Made by a program: the position numbers and the translations under genes. Below the pieces are notes generated by a model. That model saw only the letters and a list, made by a program, of their open reading frames with translations. It was not told the origin of the DNA and did not search any database. Source: a virus. From it: a DNA stretch of 64,000 nt. Shown in pieces: positions 1 to 11,527 of this stretch (within the stretch, counting starts at the first letter, position 1; the number at the start of each line of letters is the position of its first letter). Location: IMG/VR virus record IMGVR_UViG_3300028610_001991. One strand, given 5' to 3'.

Positions 1-6
1 TTTCAG

Positions 7-2904
7 ATGAAGACTGCTGCAGATAGGCCAGAAGTGCAAGAATCTGTTTCTGGAGGAGGTGCGGTTGGTGCGGTTGTAGGTAAGCAGCTAGGTACTACTG
101 CGGGTGCAGCTCTAGGGGCTGCATTAGGTGGTCCTGCAGGAGCTAAGATAGGTGCTGCAATTGGTGATGTAGCTGGTGATATACTAGGATCTGTAGTAGG
201 TTCTTGGTTAGGGGAATTATTTGCTCCAAAGGAAACAGAAGAAGAAAAACAGAAAAGGGAAATTGAGTCAGCTATTAACTCTGCTAAGTTATTTGGTTCT
301 GCTTTAGATAGTTTAAGCTCGGTAACAGCTTTAGCTACGGAGAGTATGAGTGTAGTTTTTGACGATATGAAAGGTAAAATTGGGGAAGCTATAACTTCCT
401 TTGGTAGAGGACTTGAAGATGGAAAATTACTTATTAGTACTTTTGGAAAGGAGTACATAAAAACGACAGATAATGTTAAAGATGCGGCTGGTAATATAAC
501 TCAGTTTGGTACTGTCGATATAGACTATGATAAAATAAAATCTGATTATGAGGATTTGAGTGTACAGATAAATGAAGCATCTTCTGCGGCACAGTTTAGT
601 GCTGAGGGATTTAAGAAGGCAGCGGCTACAGGAGGAGAAGCTTCTTTTGTAAGTGAGGAAGGAGAGGAGACAGGACTTTACGATTTATTGATCGATATAA
701 CAGATCAGATGAGTGAGTCTTTTGATTTACTGGATTCACAGGCAATAAAGACATCAGCTACTTTAAACCTATTTGGCGGTGTTATGACTGCAGCGGGTGG
801 TAATGTAAAAGAAGCCGGACGTGCGATGATGGGTATGGTTGTTGAAGGCTACAAGGTAGTAGAAGTTTTTAAAGATATGGGTGAAGGTGGTGGTAAGAAG
901 TTAAACTTTGATGCGCTGTTAGGACCTACAATGGCTGAGATAGGTGCTATGATGGCTGATTCCGAACTTATAGGGGCTCAAAGAGATGCCTCTAATGCAA
1001 TGCGAGATTTATATACAGAACAGGCTGGTGTTGAGGCTAAACAGGATGTTAAAGAGGATAAAAGTTTTTTATTTTGGAAATGGAAGGGTAAAGAAGATGA
1101 TCCTATTAAGGTTGCTGAAAGAAATAAGGCTATATTGGACGCTCAAAAGAATGCTGCGGCTTCTGCATCAGAGGCAGCGGCTTTAGATAAAAAGATAGCA
1201 GACCTTAAGAAGGAAGTTGAAAAAAAGACACAAGAAGCAATTTCTAAGATGGACGAATACGCTAAGACTATTAATGATTTAATGACTACTGGTGTTGCTT
1301 CTAGAGAGGCGTGGGGTATGGTAGGTAGTATGTTTCAGAGTATGGGAGGTCTTGCTAGTGAGTTTGATATGTTGGCTGATGCTTTTGGTCAGGCAGGTCA
1401 AGATATTGGAGGTCTTTTTTCCGGGGTTGGTGTTGCAGGCGGTTTATCTCTATTACCTGAGGGTGATGTTAATCGTGCATCTAAGATATTAACAAGTTCA
1501 ACACAGGAAGGTTTAAATCAGTATAATAAAATAATAAAAGGTCAGGCTGATAATTTTGCGAAATCAAGCGATAAGCTAGTTTCTTCTACCGGAGATATGT
1601 TAGCTTTATCTGCTGAGCAGGTTTCTACGTTGTTAGGTGTATCTCAAGAAGTTGCTCAGCAGTTGGCCGGTATGAGTTTACGAGAAATATATCAGGAATA
1701 TAGAAACTTCTTACAAGGTGAAGCTCAGAAGAGTGTAGAGTTGCAAAGAAAAGAATTAGATATGCTTGCCAATGTAACTGTTACTGGCTTTGATTCTATC
1801 ATGTTTACTCATCAGGATTATTTGCAGGCAATGAGTGATACTTTATCACAGTGGGCGGCAGATAATGATTTAATAAAACAGGGAATAGGAGAAGCTATAG
1901 ATAAGTTTAGTACAACAGCAGAGTATATAGCTAAAGATGTATTTGCTACATCTATATCTGGACTAGGAAGTGATCTTGCTGGGATTTTTGATGTTTTTGG
2001 TAACGCACCAAAAGAAAGTTTGCAGTTATTTACTGAAACAGGCCGAGGTCAGTTAGAAGTTTCAGGTGCAGCAAAAGAGTTTTACGGAGAACAGCTAAAA
2101 CTTATGTCTGATCAGATTCAAGCAATAAAAGATATGCAGTTAGCTAATGTAGCAGGTATGCACTCTTTAGCTTCAGAGGTAGGAACTGCAGTCGTAGGGC
2201 AGGGTCCTGCAGTTGCTGCTGCAATGGGAAGACTAACATCTGCAACTACTTTTGGTAGTGCTACTTACGGAGAAGCATTGATTGCTGAGGATTTGGCTAT
2301 TTTGGAGGAGGCAATTCAAAGTGGTAATTTATCTCAGGATGAGCAATTACGTTTACAAGGACGTTTGTTTTCCCTTAATTCAGATATAGCTAAAACAAAC
2401 CTTGATATATCTCAAAAAGAATCGGAGTTGATTAATTTAGGTCAAGAGTCAAATGACTTATTGAATAGACAGATAGATGCTTATCAAAAAGAGTTTGGGA
2501 AACCAGGGTTAGAAAAGGAATTTATTCAACGTAACATGGAGTTTCTACGTAATATGCAGCAGTCTATTAACAGGGCAACTGGAGGAGTATTTACTACAGA
2601 GACTGGTGATATTTCACGAATATCAGAAGCTGAATGGGTGGCATTACAGGGAGTAGGTGAAGGTCAGTTTCAAATAGCTCAGACATTAGAAGAGTTTGAG
2701 AAGTTATATGGTCAGAAGATTGATCGAGGACCTAAAGAGGTTGCTACTTATGCTACTGTAAGACCTATAACTAATAATATAGATATTCGTATTGATGCTG
2801 ACTTTATTGATCCTTCTCAGTTAGATGCCGATAGACAACGTAGTCTTGCATTAATGGTTAAAGACGCTTTAATTGAAGAAGGTTTTAGATACTCAACAGA
2901 TTAA
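7..2904 (+). CDS. Tail tape measure protein (C-terminal part; the frame is open at the window edge, so it is probably 5'-truncated)
   Basis: 965+ aa, Ala/Gly/Ser-rich and helical, with a glycine-zipper stretch (GTTAGAALGAALGGPAGAKIGAAIG). It lies directly upstream of the tail genes, and there is no stop before the ATG at 7. Confidence 0.75.
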   Translation: MKTAADRPEVQESVSGGGAVGAVVGKQLGTTAGAALGAALGGPAGAKIGAAIGDVAGDILGSVVGSWLGELFAPKETEEEKQKREIESAINSAKLFGSALDSLSSVTALATESMSVVFDDMKGKIGEAITSFGRGLEDGKLLISTFGKEYIKTTDNVKDAAGNITQFGTVDIDYDKIKSDYEDLSVQINEASSAAQFSAEGFKKAAATGGEASFVSEEGEETGLYDLLIDITDQMSESFDLLDSQAIKTSATLNLFGGVMTAAGGNVKEAGRAMMGMVVEGYKVVEVFKDMGEGGGKKLNFDALLGPTMAEIGAMMADSELIGAQRDASNAMRDLYTEQAGVEAKQDVKEDKSFLFWKWKGKEDDPIKVAERNKAILDAQKNAAASASEAAALDKKIADLKKEVEKKTQEAISKMDEYAKTINDLMTTGVASREAWGMVGSMFQSMGGLASEFDMLADAFGQAGQDIGGLFSGVGVAGGLSLLPEGDVNRASKILTSSTQEGLNQYNKIIKGQADNFAKSSDKLVSSTGDMLALSAEQVSTLLGVSQEVAQQLAGMSLREIYQEYRNFLQGEAQKSVELQRKELDMLANVTVTGFDSIMFTHQDYLQAMSDTLSQWAADNDLIKQGIGEAIDKFSTTAEYIAKDVFATSISGLGSDLAGIFDVFGNAPKESLQLFTETGRGQLEVSGAAKEFYGEQLKLMSDQIQAIKDMQLANVAGMHSLASEVGTAVVGQGPAVAAAMGRLTSATTFGSATYGEALIAEDLAILEEAIQSGNLSQDEQLRLQGRLFSLNSDIAKTNLDISQKESELINLGQESNDLLNRQIDAYQKEFGKPGLEKEFIQRNMEFLRNMQQSINRATGGVFTTETGDISRISEAEWVALQGVGEGQFQIAQTLEEFEKLYGQKIDRGPKEVATYATVRPITNNIDIRIDADFIDPSQLDADRQRSLALMVKDALIEEGFRYSTD

Positions 2905-2914
2905 GGAACTATAA

Positions 2915-4975
2915 ATGGCTAATATAATATTACCTTATGGATGGCAGACGACAGGAATCAACAGATGGAGAATTGGTCCGTATGCGGCTTTTGGGAAAGG
3001 TCTGGAAAAAGATATAGACGGAACTGAGTATAAGCATTTGTTAGAAGTAGACAGCGTTGATCATTCTCCTGTGTATGGGGATGTGGATGTAAAAAGTGAA
3101 GAAGAAAATAACTTTGAACTTTTATATAAAGATCAGAATAATAGTCCGGATTACCCTAACAATTTAGATTTAATAGATGACTTCCGTAATTATATAAATT
3201 CGGAACCTTTATATGTGTACAATGTTTTAAATTCAGAACCGACTAATTTAACAGTACATACTGAGTTTGGCCCTATTATTCTTGGGGATGCTACGATGTA
3301 TCCACTTGACTGCCCAGTCATTTTTATTATCAGTAAATCCGGAGTTATTAAAACTTATATAGATGATTACACACTTGAGGATTACGATTCTGCTAGTAAA
3401 GATAGATTAGCAGTTTATCCTGCTAATATTTTAATGAGTAATGAAATTGTTATAAACTCTTTTCCTGCATACCCTGCGTTTGAGTGGGAGGACGGGGATA
3501 CAGTATTAATTTCTTATGTTTATTTTCATCATACTGACATGCTACGGGATAAAAAAGATTATACTGCTTGGTCGAGTGCAAAGGGCAGGATAAGTTCTTA
3601 TGTATCTATCGATGTTAGTCCTGCAGGTAACGTTGGATTGTTACAGGAGATTAATAACGTAGAGCTTGTAGCTTCTGATATAAATTTACCGATAGGTGCC
3701 ACAGAGTATATTGTACAAGCAGGTATACCCGATACATTTGGTAATATACAATATAAAGTATTAGCGAGTGGTAATTTGCCAGCGATAGTATCCGGTGAAA
3801 GTTATGTAATAAAATTTGATGCTATTAGTTTAAGATACCTGAGAGTTATTTTAATGGGATCTTCAGTTGGTAATTATATGACAGTAGATATACACAGTAC
3901 TGATCCTACGTTATCTGCTAGTTTAACAGCAGATGATTTATACAATATAACGCTTGTACCTTACTATGTTAATGCTGATGTAACAGATGTTCAGAATACA
4001 CTTTTAAGAGGCACCCCTATAACTGCTAAGGATATCAAGCATGATAATATAGGTAAGATGTATGTTCCCCAGTATAATGTGTATGATGTTGCAGAGAGAA
4101 GGCATTACGTTTTATCTCATTTTGATTTAAGAATAGGCACTTCATTTATATACAGTGGGTTACCGAGTAGCTTTTTGAGATCAGATGCGTACACTATAGG
4201 AGGTATAGGTAAGGTTGCTATTGCTGATATATCTGAGATAGCGGGCGCAGATGTGTATTTACCAATAAAATATGATTTAGTTTCTCGAAATAGTGCTTCT
4301 GATCGTTATTTTAGAACCATGTTTGGCAATATAGATACCTTTAAATTATTTTTAGTAGCTGTTACAGGCAGTGAGGTTGAACTAACTGAAACATATGATT
4401 ATTTAGTGGATACTGTTACGGGTAACATAGACTACATGACCGGTTTAAATAGCGGAGAATCTTTAAAAGCTATGTATACCTTTGATGTTGTTAAGTCTAA
4501 TGAAGTAGATACACCGGAAAAATATCTTAACTTTATAAGGGCTCATAGTCATTTAGAATCTATAAATTATTCTGAAGTAAAGGTTTTTTTAAGTAATTAT
4601 TTTCTTGATTTTGTACCTAATAACGAGTTACACGTATATGAGTTTGAGATTAATCCGGAACAGTTATCTGATACTACGGGGTCAAAGGCTGGGTTAGTAG
4701 CATTGCTAGATGGATCTCATATTAAACAGTATTTCGGAAGCAGTAAATCGAGATGGAACTTATCCGGAAATAAAATAAGTGCTACTATGTATAGCAAACT
4801 TAAAGAATTTGAGGCTACAAAAGAGCCGCTTGGTATTGTTGATGATATGCTTGAGTTAAAAAGGATAGTAATAGTACCAGGTAGTTTAAAAGCACAGAGA
4901 AGAAGAACTACATTAGGCGAGCAGGAAGGTATGACTACAAGTTGGTCATACTCTATGGACGTTCAGGAGGTTTAA
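2915..4975 (+). CDS. Putative distal-tail-like protein with inserted beta-sandwich domain(s)
   Basis: Sits immediately after the tape measure. The C-terminus (…WSYSMDVQEV) resembles distal tail protein ends, and there is an internal discoidin-like strand (LRYLRVILMG). Confidence 0.45.
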   Translation: MANIILPYGWQTTGINRWRIGPYAAFGKGLEKDIDGTEYKHLLEVDSVDHSPVYGDVDVKSEEENNFELLYKDQNNSPDYPNNLDLIDDFRNYINSEPLYVYNVLNSEPTNLTVHTEFGPIILGDATMYPLDCPVIFIISKSGVIKTYIDDYTLEDYDSASKDRLAVYPANILMSNEIVINSFPAYPAFEWEDGDTVLISYVYFHHTDMLRDKKDYTAWSSAKGRISSYVSIDVSPAGNVGLLQEINNVELVASDINLPIGATEYIVQAGIPDTFGNIQYKVLASGNLPAIVSGESYVIKFDAISLRYLRVILMGSSVGNYMTVDIHSTDPTLSASLTADDLYNITLVPYYVNADVTDVQNTLLRGTPITAKDIKHDNIGKMYVPQYNVYDVAERRHYVLSHFDLRIGTSFIYSGLPSSFLRSDAYTIGGIGKVAIADISEIAGADVYLPIKYDLVSRNSASDRYFRTMFGNIDTFKLFLVAVTGSEVELTETYDYLVDTVTGNIDYMTGLNSGESLKAMYTFDVVKSNEVDTPEKYLNFIRAHSHLESINYSEVKVFLSNYFLDFVPNNELHVYEFEINPEQLSDTTGSKAGLVALLDGSHIKQYFGSSKSRWNLSGNKISATMYSKLKEFEATKEPLGIVDDMLELKRIVIVPGSLKAQRRRTTLGEQEGMTTSWSYSMDVQEV

Positions 4976-7900
4976 TTGGCGTACCCACTACAGTTAGCTA
5001 CAAAACGTGAACTAGAAAGTAAAGCACAAGATATTAAGTTTTTTGTTGAATTGGATTGGATGAGAAATAGATGGGAATATAATATAGATTCCTATGACGC
5101 TTGGGTTCAGTTTAGGGAAGTTATTTATTTATTTAATAGTTCTGTTTCGAGTGCAACTACCGACACACTAACGCTAAATGATAGTATGAGTGGTAGTAAT
5201 ATGTATATAGGAAAATATTTATTAATTAGAGAAGGAGGGGCAGAAGGGCAGCTAAGAAAAATTGAATCTCATACAACAGAGGTTATAACTTTAGAAAATT
5301 CATTTGATATTGTTCCTTATGCGGGTGTATCTGCAAGTGTTATCAATATACTTGGCGTTAATGACATAGATAGTAATTCAAGAATAGGCGCTAGTGCGTT
5401 TAATTCTTTTGGTGTTACTGCTCTTCAGGACAATATTGGTAGTGGGACAGTTGCCAATGTTGCTTATACACTATCTGCTCAATCTGATATCTGGACATTA
5501 ATATGTATAACTTCTGAGGAGATTGATGGGGTACAGACAGCTAGGTTTTTAGTTAAAGGTGAAACTAATGGATTACAGGAAGATGCTTTTTCTGATATAA
5601 GTTATAATAACGGACTTATATCTTTTACAGTAGAAAGCGGTAGTCGTGATTTTGAAGAGGGTGATACATTTATTTTAAGGCCAGCCTTAACTACAAAAAA
5701 AGATGATGCCGGTGATTTTCAGGAAGCTACTGTTTTTAGTGGTACAGATTATACTTCTGCTCCGCTATTATACGGTGGGCCTGATTTTTTAGCATGGGAT
5801 GAAATAACATGGGAAGGTTCAAATGTTGAAGTTTATGTAAGAACAAGTAATAGTGATACTGAGCCAACTTGGTCAAGATGGAGTTTAGCTATTAAGGATC
5901 AAATTATATCTGGTGAACAATTAGGGATGTATTTACAGATTAGAGTAAAGCTTATACCCCCTACGCCGACTACGCAGCCTATAATATACGGTTTAAAGAT
6001 TAAATATAAAGTAAAGGCACATACTAATTTTACTAGTCACTACCAGCATGTCTATGGTTTTAACAGAATAAAGAGTATTAGGGTTAGTAGGAGTAAGTCA
6101 GAAGCGTTGGAGGGTTATTCTGCTGCTGATATGAATATAACATGGGATAACAGTGATGGTAGTTTTAGTAAAGAGAATGTAGACAGTCCTTACTTTGGTT
6201 ATTTAAGACCGAATATAGGGGTTAAAATATATACCGGTTTTAGTGAAGAGCTTATCCCCCGTCTTGATGGATTTATAGGCGGATTTAACGTACAGGCCGG
6301 AGGTAGAAGTTTTACTACACGAGGTAAAGATAGAATTAAATTATTAATAAAAAAGAAAATCAAAAAAGGTGATGCCGGTTTTAGGTCTTGGACAAATCAG
6401 ACATTAGCTTTTTTAGTTAAAATACTTGCTTTAGATTCTGATTTTCCATTAGAGGATTTAGACCTGTTTGATTTAGTTGTTAACCCTGAAATATCATATG
6501 TTACTTTTAAAGGTAAACATGCATGGGAGGCAATTCAGGCCTTGGCTACAGGTGCTTTAGCAGATGTATTTGCAACAGAGAATGGTAAGTTAAAAGTTAT
6601 TGATAAGTTTAGCCCTAAGTATAGTATTCCGGCACCTGGTATATACACAGACGGTGCAGATTATTTAAATATTATACATAATGATTATTTTAAACAGGTT
6701 GTTTTTAGTGTTATGTATAAACAGGCAAATGTTTTGTACAGTTACTTAAACAGTGAGCTCCAGTTAATAACCGAAGGTGTTTTTGGTATGACGTATGTAT
6801 ACAATGATGATTTTCAATCAGGCAGGGAAAGGCATAATATATGGTTTACTAGTGAAAATACTTTGTATAGATTACTGGGCTCTTTAACAGAGATAGGATT
6901 TGAAGAGATAGCTAACATACAAACTATTGATATTAACATTAAATTTACTAACCTAAGTGTTTATAATAAAATTTATAAGGATTTGATAGGTGGGTATGTA
7001 AGTAAAAATACAGAAGTCGATACGGCTACTGCGAATCTCATTACAGTTAAGGACAACTTAGGGGTAGTGGACACGTATAAAGGTGATTACGTGCTGATTA
7101 AAAGTGGGGTAGAGTCTGGTAATATGCGTCAGATAAAGACGCATACTAGCCTTGTAATTACACTTGAGACTTCTTTTGATACTGTTTTAGTTGCTGATGT
7201 AGACATAGATATCATAGAACTTCCGAAACGTACTATAGCAGATTTAATTTATTATGCAGGTGTATTTGGTATTATTCTTTCTGATAGGTTATCTTACTAT
7301 AAATATTCTGTTAGAGATACAGAGAATATAACAGAAGAGTTTCAAGCTGTTGATTTTGAAGATCATACGGATTCTCAATTAGATCCGTATGAGTATAACA
7401 CTGCAACAGGCATTCTATATAAAAATTCAAAACTGAATTTAGAAAAAGAGTCTTCTGGTAAATTTGATACAGAAGTCTTTAAGGTGTCAGTTAGTGATGG
7501 TTCTTTAACTAAATTACAGTACGATGATACATTTAACGGTAATCAGTTTTTCTTTGTTCCAGAGGGTGAGACTGTTACAGAAGGTAATGGTGAGGAAGGA
7601 GGTTACAGAGTACCTTGGAGTGGAAACGGATTTAAGTCTGGCTACGCGCAAAGTCCTTCAAGCTGGAGGTTTGGCGACACTAATGACGAAATAATAATAA
7701 ATTATAGAGGGTCATTTGAGGCTTTAGGTGATTATTATCGAATAGTATACACTGCTAAGATACCTATTAGAAAGGTACTTGATACAAACCTATATGAGGA
7801 TTACAGAGTTTATAAAAATTTAACCTATAACGGTGTCCCTGGGTATATGCTATCTTTAGTAAGCGCACAGACAGGTTTTAGTGCAAGTGACGGGGATGTT

Positions 7901-10900
7901 GTGACAGGTAATAACGGAGAAGCAGTTGTTTTTAAACATATATTACCTGATGGTGACATTTACGATTTACATAGACTTTATATTTATGACATTACAGGAG
8001 AATTTGAGGAAGAGGATACTATAACTGTAAATGGAAAAACTGCTGAAGTAGAACATGTATACAAGGTAGATAAAACAAACGAGGTTTTCTTTAATAGAAT
8101 AATAACAGTATATGAAGAGTCTGGAAGTGATTACCATGGACATTTATTTTATTTAGATACAGCAGATAGTTACTGGGGACCTGCTTCTCTTGTTGTTAAA
8201 TCAACTAGTTTTGATTTTGCTACAAGTATTCCTGGTGCTTATCCGTATGCACAAGTAAATATGTTTACCATACCTAACAGTAGTATGCTGGATACATCAC
8301 AGACTGGAGAGATACATAAAGTGATTGCGGTTGAGGCAATGCCTAACCACAGCATAGTTGTTGTACTGTGTGAATGTTTTAAAGAGGCACAGGCATATCC
8401 ATATACTACGTATAGTAAGACAGAGTATACTTATAAGTTGCATTGGTTTAAAGTAGATAAACCTTACGGGTATACAGGTAAGGAAACAGAAGGAAGCGAG
8501 ATAATTTACGGTGTTGAAACATTAGACTTAGGGGATCCTCGCGTTAGATTGTATGATGCTGTCTATAACCCTGTATATAAACATCTTGATATAGCTGGTG
8601 GTTTTACTGATGATATTAATCAGATAGCTAAATTGTATAGATGGAGTTTAACTAATATTGTTGTTGAGTTTGATAATTTAGCGGGTAAGCCTTTCAGTAA
8701 TATTTATCCCGACAATGCTGTGGATATTAATACTGTTATAGAAAAAGAGTATTATTACTATTTTCAAAAGTATGGTGGTTATAAATCTACTACAAGTGAG
8801 ATATATGCATGGACAGATTTTATGCGTACATCTGAGGATAAAGAGAGATGTGCTGTGACACAGGAAATAATTACGTTAGGTACAGGCGACGGGGTTATTA
8901 CAGAATTTAGTGTACCTCTTGCTAATAGGCCTTTTGATTTACAATATGTTTATATTGACGGAGAAAGTATAGGGACTAATTTTAACTTTGACGGTGAGAA
9001 CGCTTTTCTACTGGAAGCACCTTCCTCAGGTTCTGTAGTTACAGCTGGCGCAGGTAAGAGAGTATATCGTTATTATGGGACTTTTTTAAGTTATGATTTA
9101 TCTTCTCAAATCGGAGGTACGCCTATCTGGAGAGACTTTACGGTATCACATGATCCTTATAAGCCATGTAAAATACGTATTACAATTAATAGTGATTGTA
9201 ATGCCGGTACAGTACATATATACGGGACAAATGAACTAGGATCTCCTATCGATGAGATATTTGATTTTGGAGGGGCAGGTATACAGACAGATGAAAATGG
9301 AGATAGATACTTAGAGTCCACTAATTTATTTGGTACGTTTAATAATGCTGCACCCTTAAGCGATGCAGATACTTGTTATAATACTACTGAGAGCCGGTTT
9401 AGGGTTGAGAGTGTTTATTCCGATTTGATACCTGGTGTTATACTTGAGATTTTTACTTCGGTTAGTGACCTGGATGATCAATTTGGAGGAGATGGAACAT
9501 TATCCGGTTATATAGACAAAGTACTTATTGATGTTAAGAAAGAGGGTGGCTTGGTAGAGGTGAAGAAGATAAGTTCTGAAAAAAGATTTAAAGTTTCTGT
9601 AGTTGATAAGCTAAATGGTGTACTATACCTAGGGACAGAAAATGCTGGTTTTACCAGTAGGTATTCAATCACTGGTTTAGATCCAATAGCCGACTATATA
9701 TTAGAGTACGATAAGAACATAACTGATTTATCCTATGGCTGGGATGATAATAGTATTAAAAATGAAATAATAGTAAAAAGTAATAAGATGGAGACAGTAC
9801 CTTACAGAGATGTTGATATAGAAACTGGTGATCCTGTAAGCGGTAATGTTCCTCCGAGCTTATGGTCTGGTACTCTAAAAGAATGGTTATGGGCTCGTCT
9901 TGAGAGAGTTTGGAAATCTTCAGCTCCGAATTACTTATATAAGGGTCATTACTTAGAGTATGATGTAACATTTAAAGACCCTGTTGATAATGGGGGTCAG
10001 ATTAATAACATTAAGTTTAATGCTCAGTTTGTTGAGAATATAGGATACTTAGATGAAAATGGTTATTTTAAAGATTCAGGAGATGCGTTGAATAGTGATT
10101 TTCCTGATCATAAATTAAGTGACACTTTATTTGGGCTGCATGCAGGATATGGCACAAGTCACACTATAGACATTACTGAAAAATATTATAGGATTTTTAC
10201 ACCGTGGGATGTAAGTACAACTACGTTACCTGCTGTTTATCCAATACGTTATGAAGATGATTTTGAGATAAGCGGAGATGCTGTAGATGTGGATTTAACA
10301 GACGGTATAGACTTAAGTGGAGGAGATACAGTTATTTTGAATATAGGAGGCAGCGGTGCTGTAACGGTTAGTTGTGCGTCACATGCTGAAGATAATACGA
10401 AAGTGACTGCTACAGACATTGTTGTTGCTATCAATGAAGCATTTCTAGGGTTTCCGGCTAGTGTTTTTATAAGCAGGCATACTACAACGCCTCATGTTTT
10501 AGTTCAGTTAAAAAGTACTACACGTAGTGATTCTACAGTAATAAGTGGAGGTAGTGCTGCTGTAGCTATATTTGGAACAGCGAGCCTTACGAGAACTAGC
10601 AGAAGTTATACGAGAGGCGAATTAGAGAAGAGAAATCTTATTATATACGCAGGTACAGTTCGTGAGCCTTTAACTTATGAAGCTGGTGATTTTGATATTG
10701 TTGAAGTTCTTTATCCTATTGCTGGAGATGAGGTATGGGCGCTTGAGTTAACGAATCCAGGTGATCATGTTGATAAATTTTTACAACTAGTATATCCGGA
10801 TAGAATAAATGTTGTAAGGTCGGATATTGATAAAACGTATAGAGACTCTGATGGAAGTATTACAAATCTTTTAATACAAGGTAGTGATAGAACATTAGAA

Positions 10901-11527
10901 TCGTATGATCCTACCGGTGTATTATACACAACATCTGTAGGTATAAGCGGTTTTCATTTAAATATGATATGGCCGAACGATGCTGTACTACACGGTGTAA
11001 GTTTTTTAAGAATCGAGAATCCTACTAATGACCCTGTAGATTCTTTATATAGCTCAACTGAAGATCCATCACAACTTGGAGTATGGATAAATAAAATTGA
11101 ATTAAGAGGGCTTCCCGTAGTAGCACAGACTATAGATATGGCTTCAGTAAGAGATGAGAAGTCTATAAAAGAGTATGGTAAGTCAGAGTTGTCTTTCCAG
11201 AATGAATATATACAAGACGGAGAAACTGCTTTAAAGGCTGGTAACTATTTGCTAAAAAGAAAAGCTCATCCTATAATTAAACCTAATTTAAGTATTATTG
11301 GTTTACCTAATTTACAATTAGGAGACACAGTTAGTATTCGTGAGATTAATTCCGGGTTAGCTTATGACTTATGTGAAATTCTTAGTTTAGAGGATAATTT
11401 ATCAGGAGCAACGTATACTATGAGTATAACTACTTTTAAAGTACTAGATAAACCTTTAGGTTCATTACTGATTGAAGATATATATAAAAGGAAATTATTA
11501 AAGAATAAATTTAAAGGGGCGGTATAA
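4976..11527 (+). CDS. Large (2183 aa) central tail / host-specificity protein
   Basis: TTG start after an AGGAGG RBS. Contains the tail-hub-like segment SAADMNITWDNSDGSFS and the C-terminal DEKSIKEYG…IIGLPNLQLGDTV motif typical of minor tail proteins. Has an internal ~65-aa duplicated module. Confidence 0.7.
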   Translation: MAYPLQLATKRELESKAQDIKFFVELDWMRNRWEYNIDSYDAWVQFREVIYLFNSSVSSATTDTLTLNDSMSGSNMYIGKYLLIREGGAEGQLRKIESHTTEVITLENSFDIVPYAGVSASVINILGVNDIDSNSRIGASAFNSFGVTALQDNIGSGTVANVAYTLSAQSDIWTLICITSEEIDGVQTARFLVKGETNGLQEDAFSDISYNNGLISFTVESGSRDFEEGDTFILRPALTTKKDDAGDFQEATVFSGTDYTSAPLLYGGPDFLAWDEITWEGSNVEVYVRTSNSDTEPTWSRWSLAIKDQIISGEQLGMYLQIRVKLIPPTPTTQPIIYGLKIKYKVKAHTNFTSHYQHVYGFNRIKSIRVSRSKSEALEGYSAADMNITWDNSDGSFSKENVDSPYFGYLRPNIGVKIYTGFSEELIPRLDGFIGGFNVQAGGRSFTTRGKDRIKLLIKKKIKKGDAGFRSWTNQTLAFLVKILALDSDFPLEDLDLFDLVVNPEISYVTFKGKHAWEAIQALATGALADVFATENGKLKVIDKFSPKYSIPAPGIYTDGADYLNIIHNDYFKQVVFSVMYKQANVLYSYLNSELQLITEGVFGMTYVYNDDFQSGRERHNIWFTSENTLYRLLGSLTEIGFEEIANIQTIDINIKFTNLSVYNKIYKDLIGGYVSKNTEVDTATANLITVKDNLGVVDTYKGDYVLIKSGVESGNMRQIKTHTSLVITLETSFDTVLVADVDIDIIELPKRTIADLIYYAGVFGIILSDRLSYYKYSVRDTENITEEFQAVDFEDHTDSQLDPYEYNTATGILYKNSKLNLEKESSGKFDTEVFKVSVSDGSLTKLQYDDTFNGNQFFFVPEGETVTEGNGEEGGYRVPWSGNGFKSGYAQSPSSWRFGDTNDEIIINYRGSFEALGDYYRIVYTAKIPIRKVLDTNLYEDYRVYKNLTYNGVPGYMLSLVSAQTGFSASDGDVVTGNNGEAVVFKHILPDGDIYDLHRLYIYDITGEFEEEDTITVNGKTAEVEHVYKVDKTNEVFFNRIITVYEESGSDYHGHLFYLDTADSYWGPASLVVKSTSFDFATSIPGAYPYAQVNMFTIPNSSMLDTSQTGEIHKVIAVEAMPNHSIVVVLCECFKEAQAYPYTTYSKTEYTYKLHWFKVDKPYGYTGKETEGSEIIYGVETLDLGDPRVRLYDAVYNPVYKHLDIAGGFTDDINQIAKLYRWSLTNIVVEFDNLAGKPFSNIYPDNAVDINTVIEKEYYYYFQKYGGYKSTTSEIYAWTDFMRTSEDKERCAVTQEIITLGTGDGVITEFSVPLANRPFDLQYVYIDGESIGTNFNFDGENAFLLEAPSSGSVVTAGAGKRVYRYYGTFLSYDLSSQIGGTPIWRDFTVSHDPYKPCKIRITINSDCNAGTVHIYGTNELGSPIDEIFDFGGAGIQTDENGDRYLESTNLFGTFNNAAPLSDADTCYNTTESRFRVESVYSDLIPGVILEIFTSVSDLDDQFGGDGTLSGYIDKVLIDVKKEGGLVEVKKISSEKRFKVSVVDKLNGVLYLGTENAGFTSRYSITGLDPIADYILEYDKNITDLSYGWDDNSIKNEIIVKSNKMETVPYRDVDIETGDPVSGNVPPSLWSGTLKEWLWARLERVWKSSAPNYLYKGHYLEYDVTFKDPVDNGGQINNIKFNAQFVENIGYLDENGYFKDSGDALNSDFPDHKLSDTLFGLHAGYGTSHTIDITEKYYRIFTPWDVSTTTLPAVYPIRYEDDFEISGDAVDVDLTDGIDLSGGDTVILNIGGSGAVTVSCASHAEDNTKVTATDIVVAINEAFLGFPASVFISRHTTTPHVLVQLKSTTRSDSTVISGGSAAVAIFGTASLTRTSRSYTRGELEKRNLIIYAGTVREPLTYEAGDFDIVEVLYPIAGDEVWALELTNPGDHVDKFLQLVYPDRINVVRSDIDKTYRDSDGSITNLLIQGSDRTLESYDPTGVLYTTSVGISGFHLNMIWPNDAVLHGVSFLRIENPTNDPVDSLYSSTEDPSQLGVWINKIELRGLPVVAQTIDMASVRDEKSIKEYGKSELSFQNEYIQDGETALKAGNYLLKRKAHPIIKPNLSIIGLPNLQLGDTVSIREINSGLAYDLCEILSLEDNLSGATYTMSITTFKVLDKPLGSLLIEDIYKRKLLKNKFKGAV

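Noticed and set aside
3-458. 151-aa minus-strand ORF and the other short antisense ORFs in the track
   Set aside because: They lie entirely opposite long, motif-bearing + strand genes in a uniformly co-oriented genome and show no recognisable motifs.
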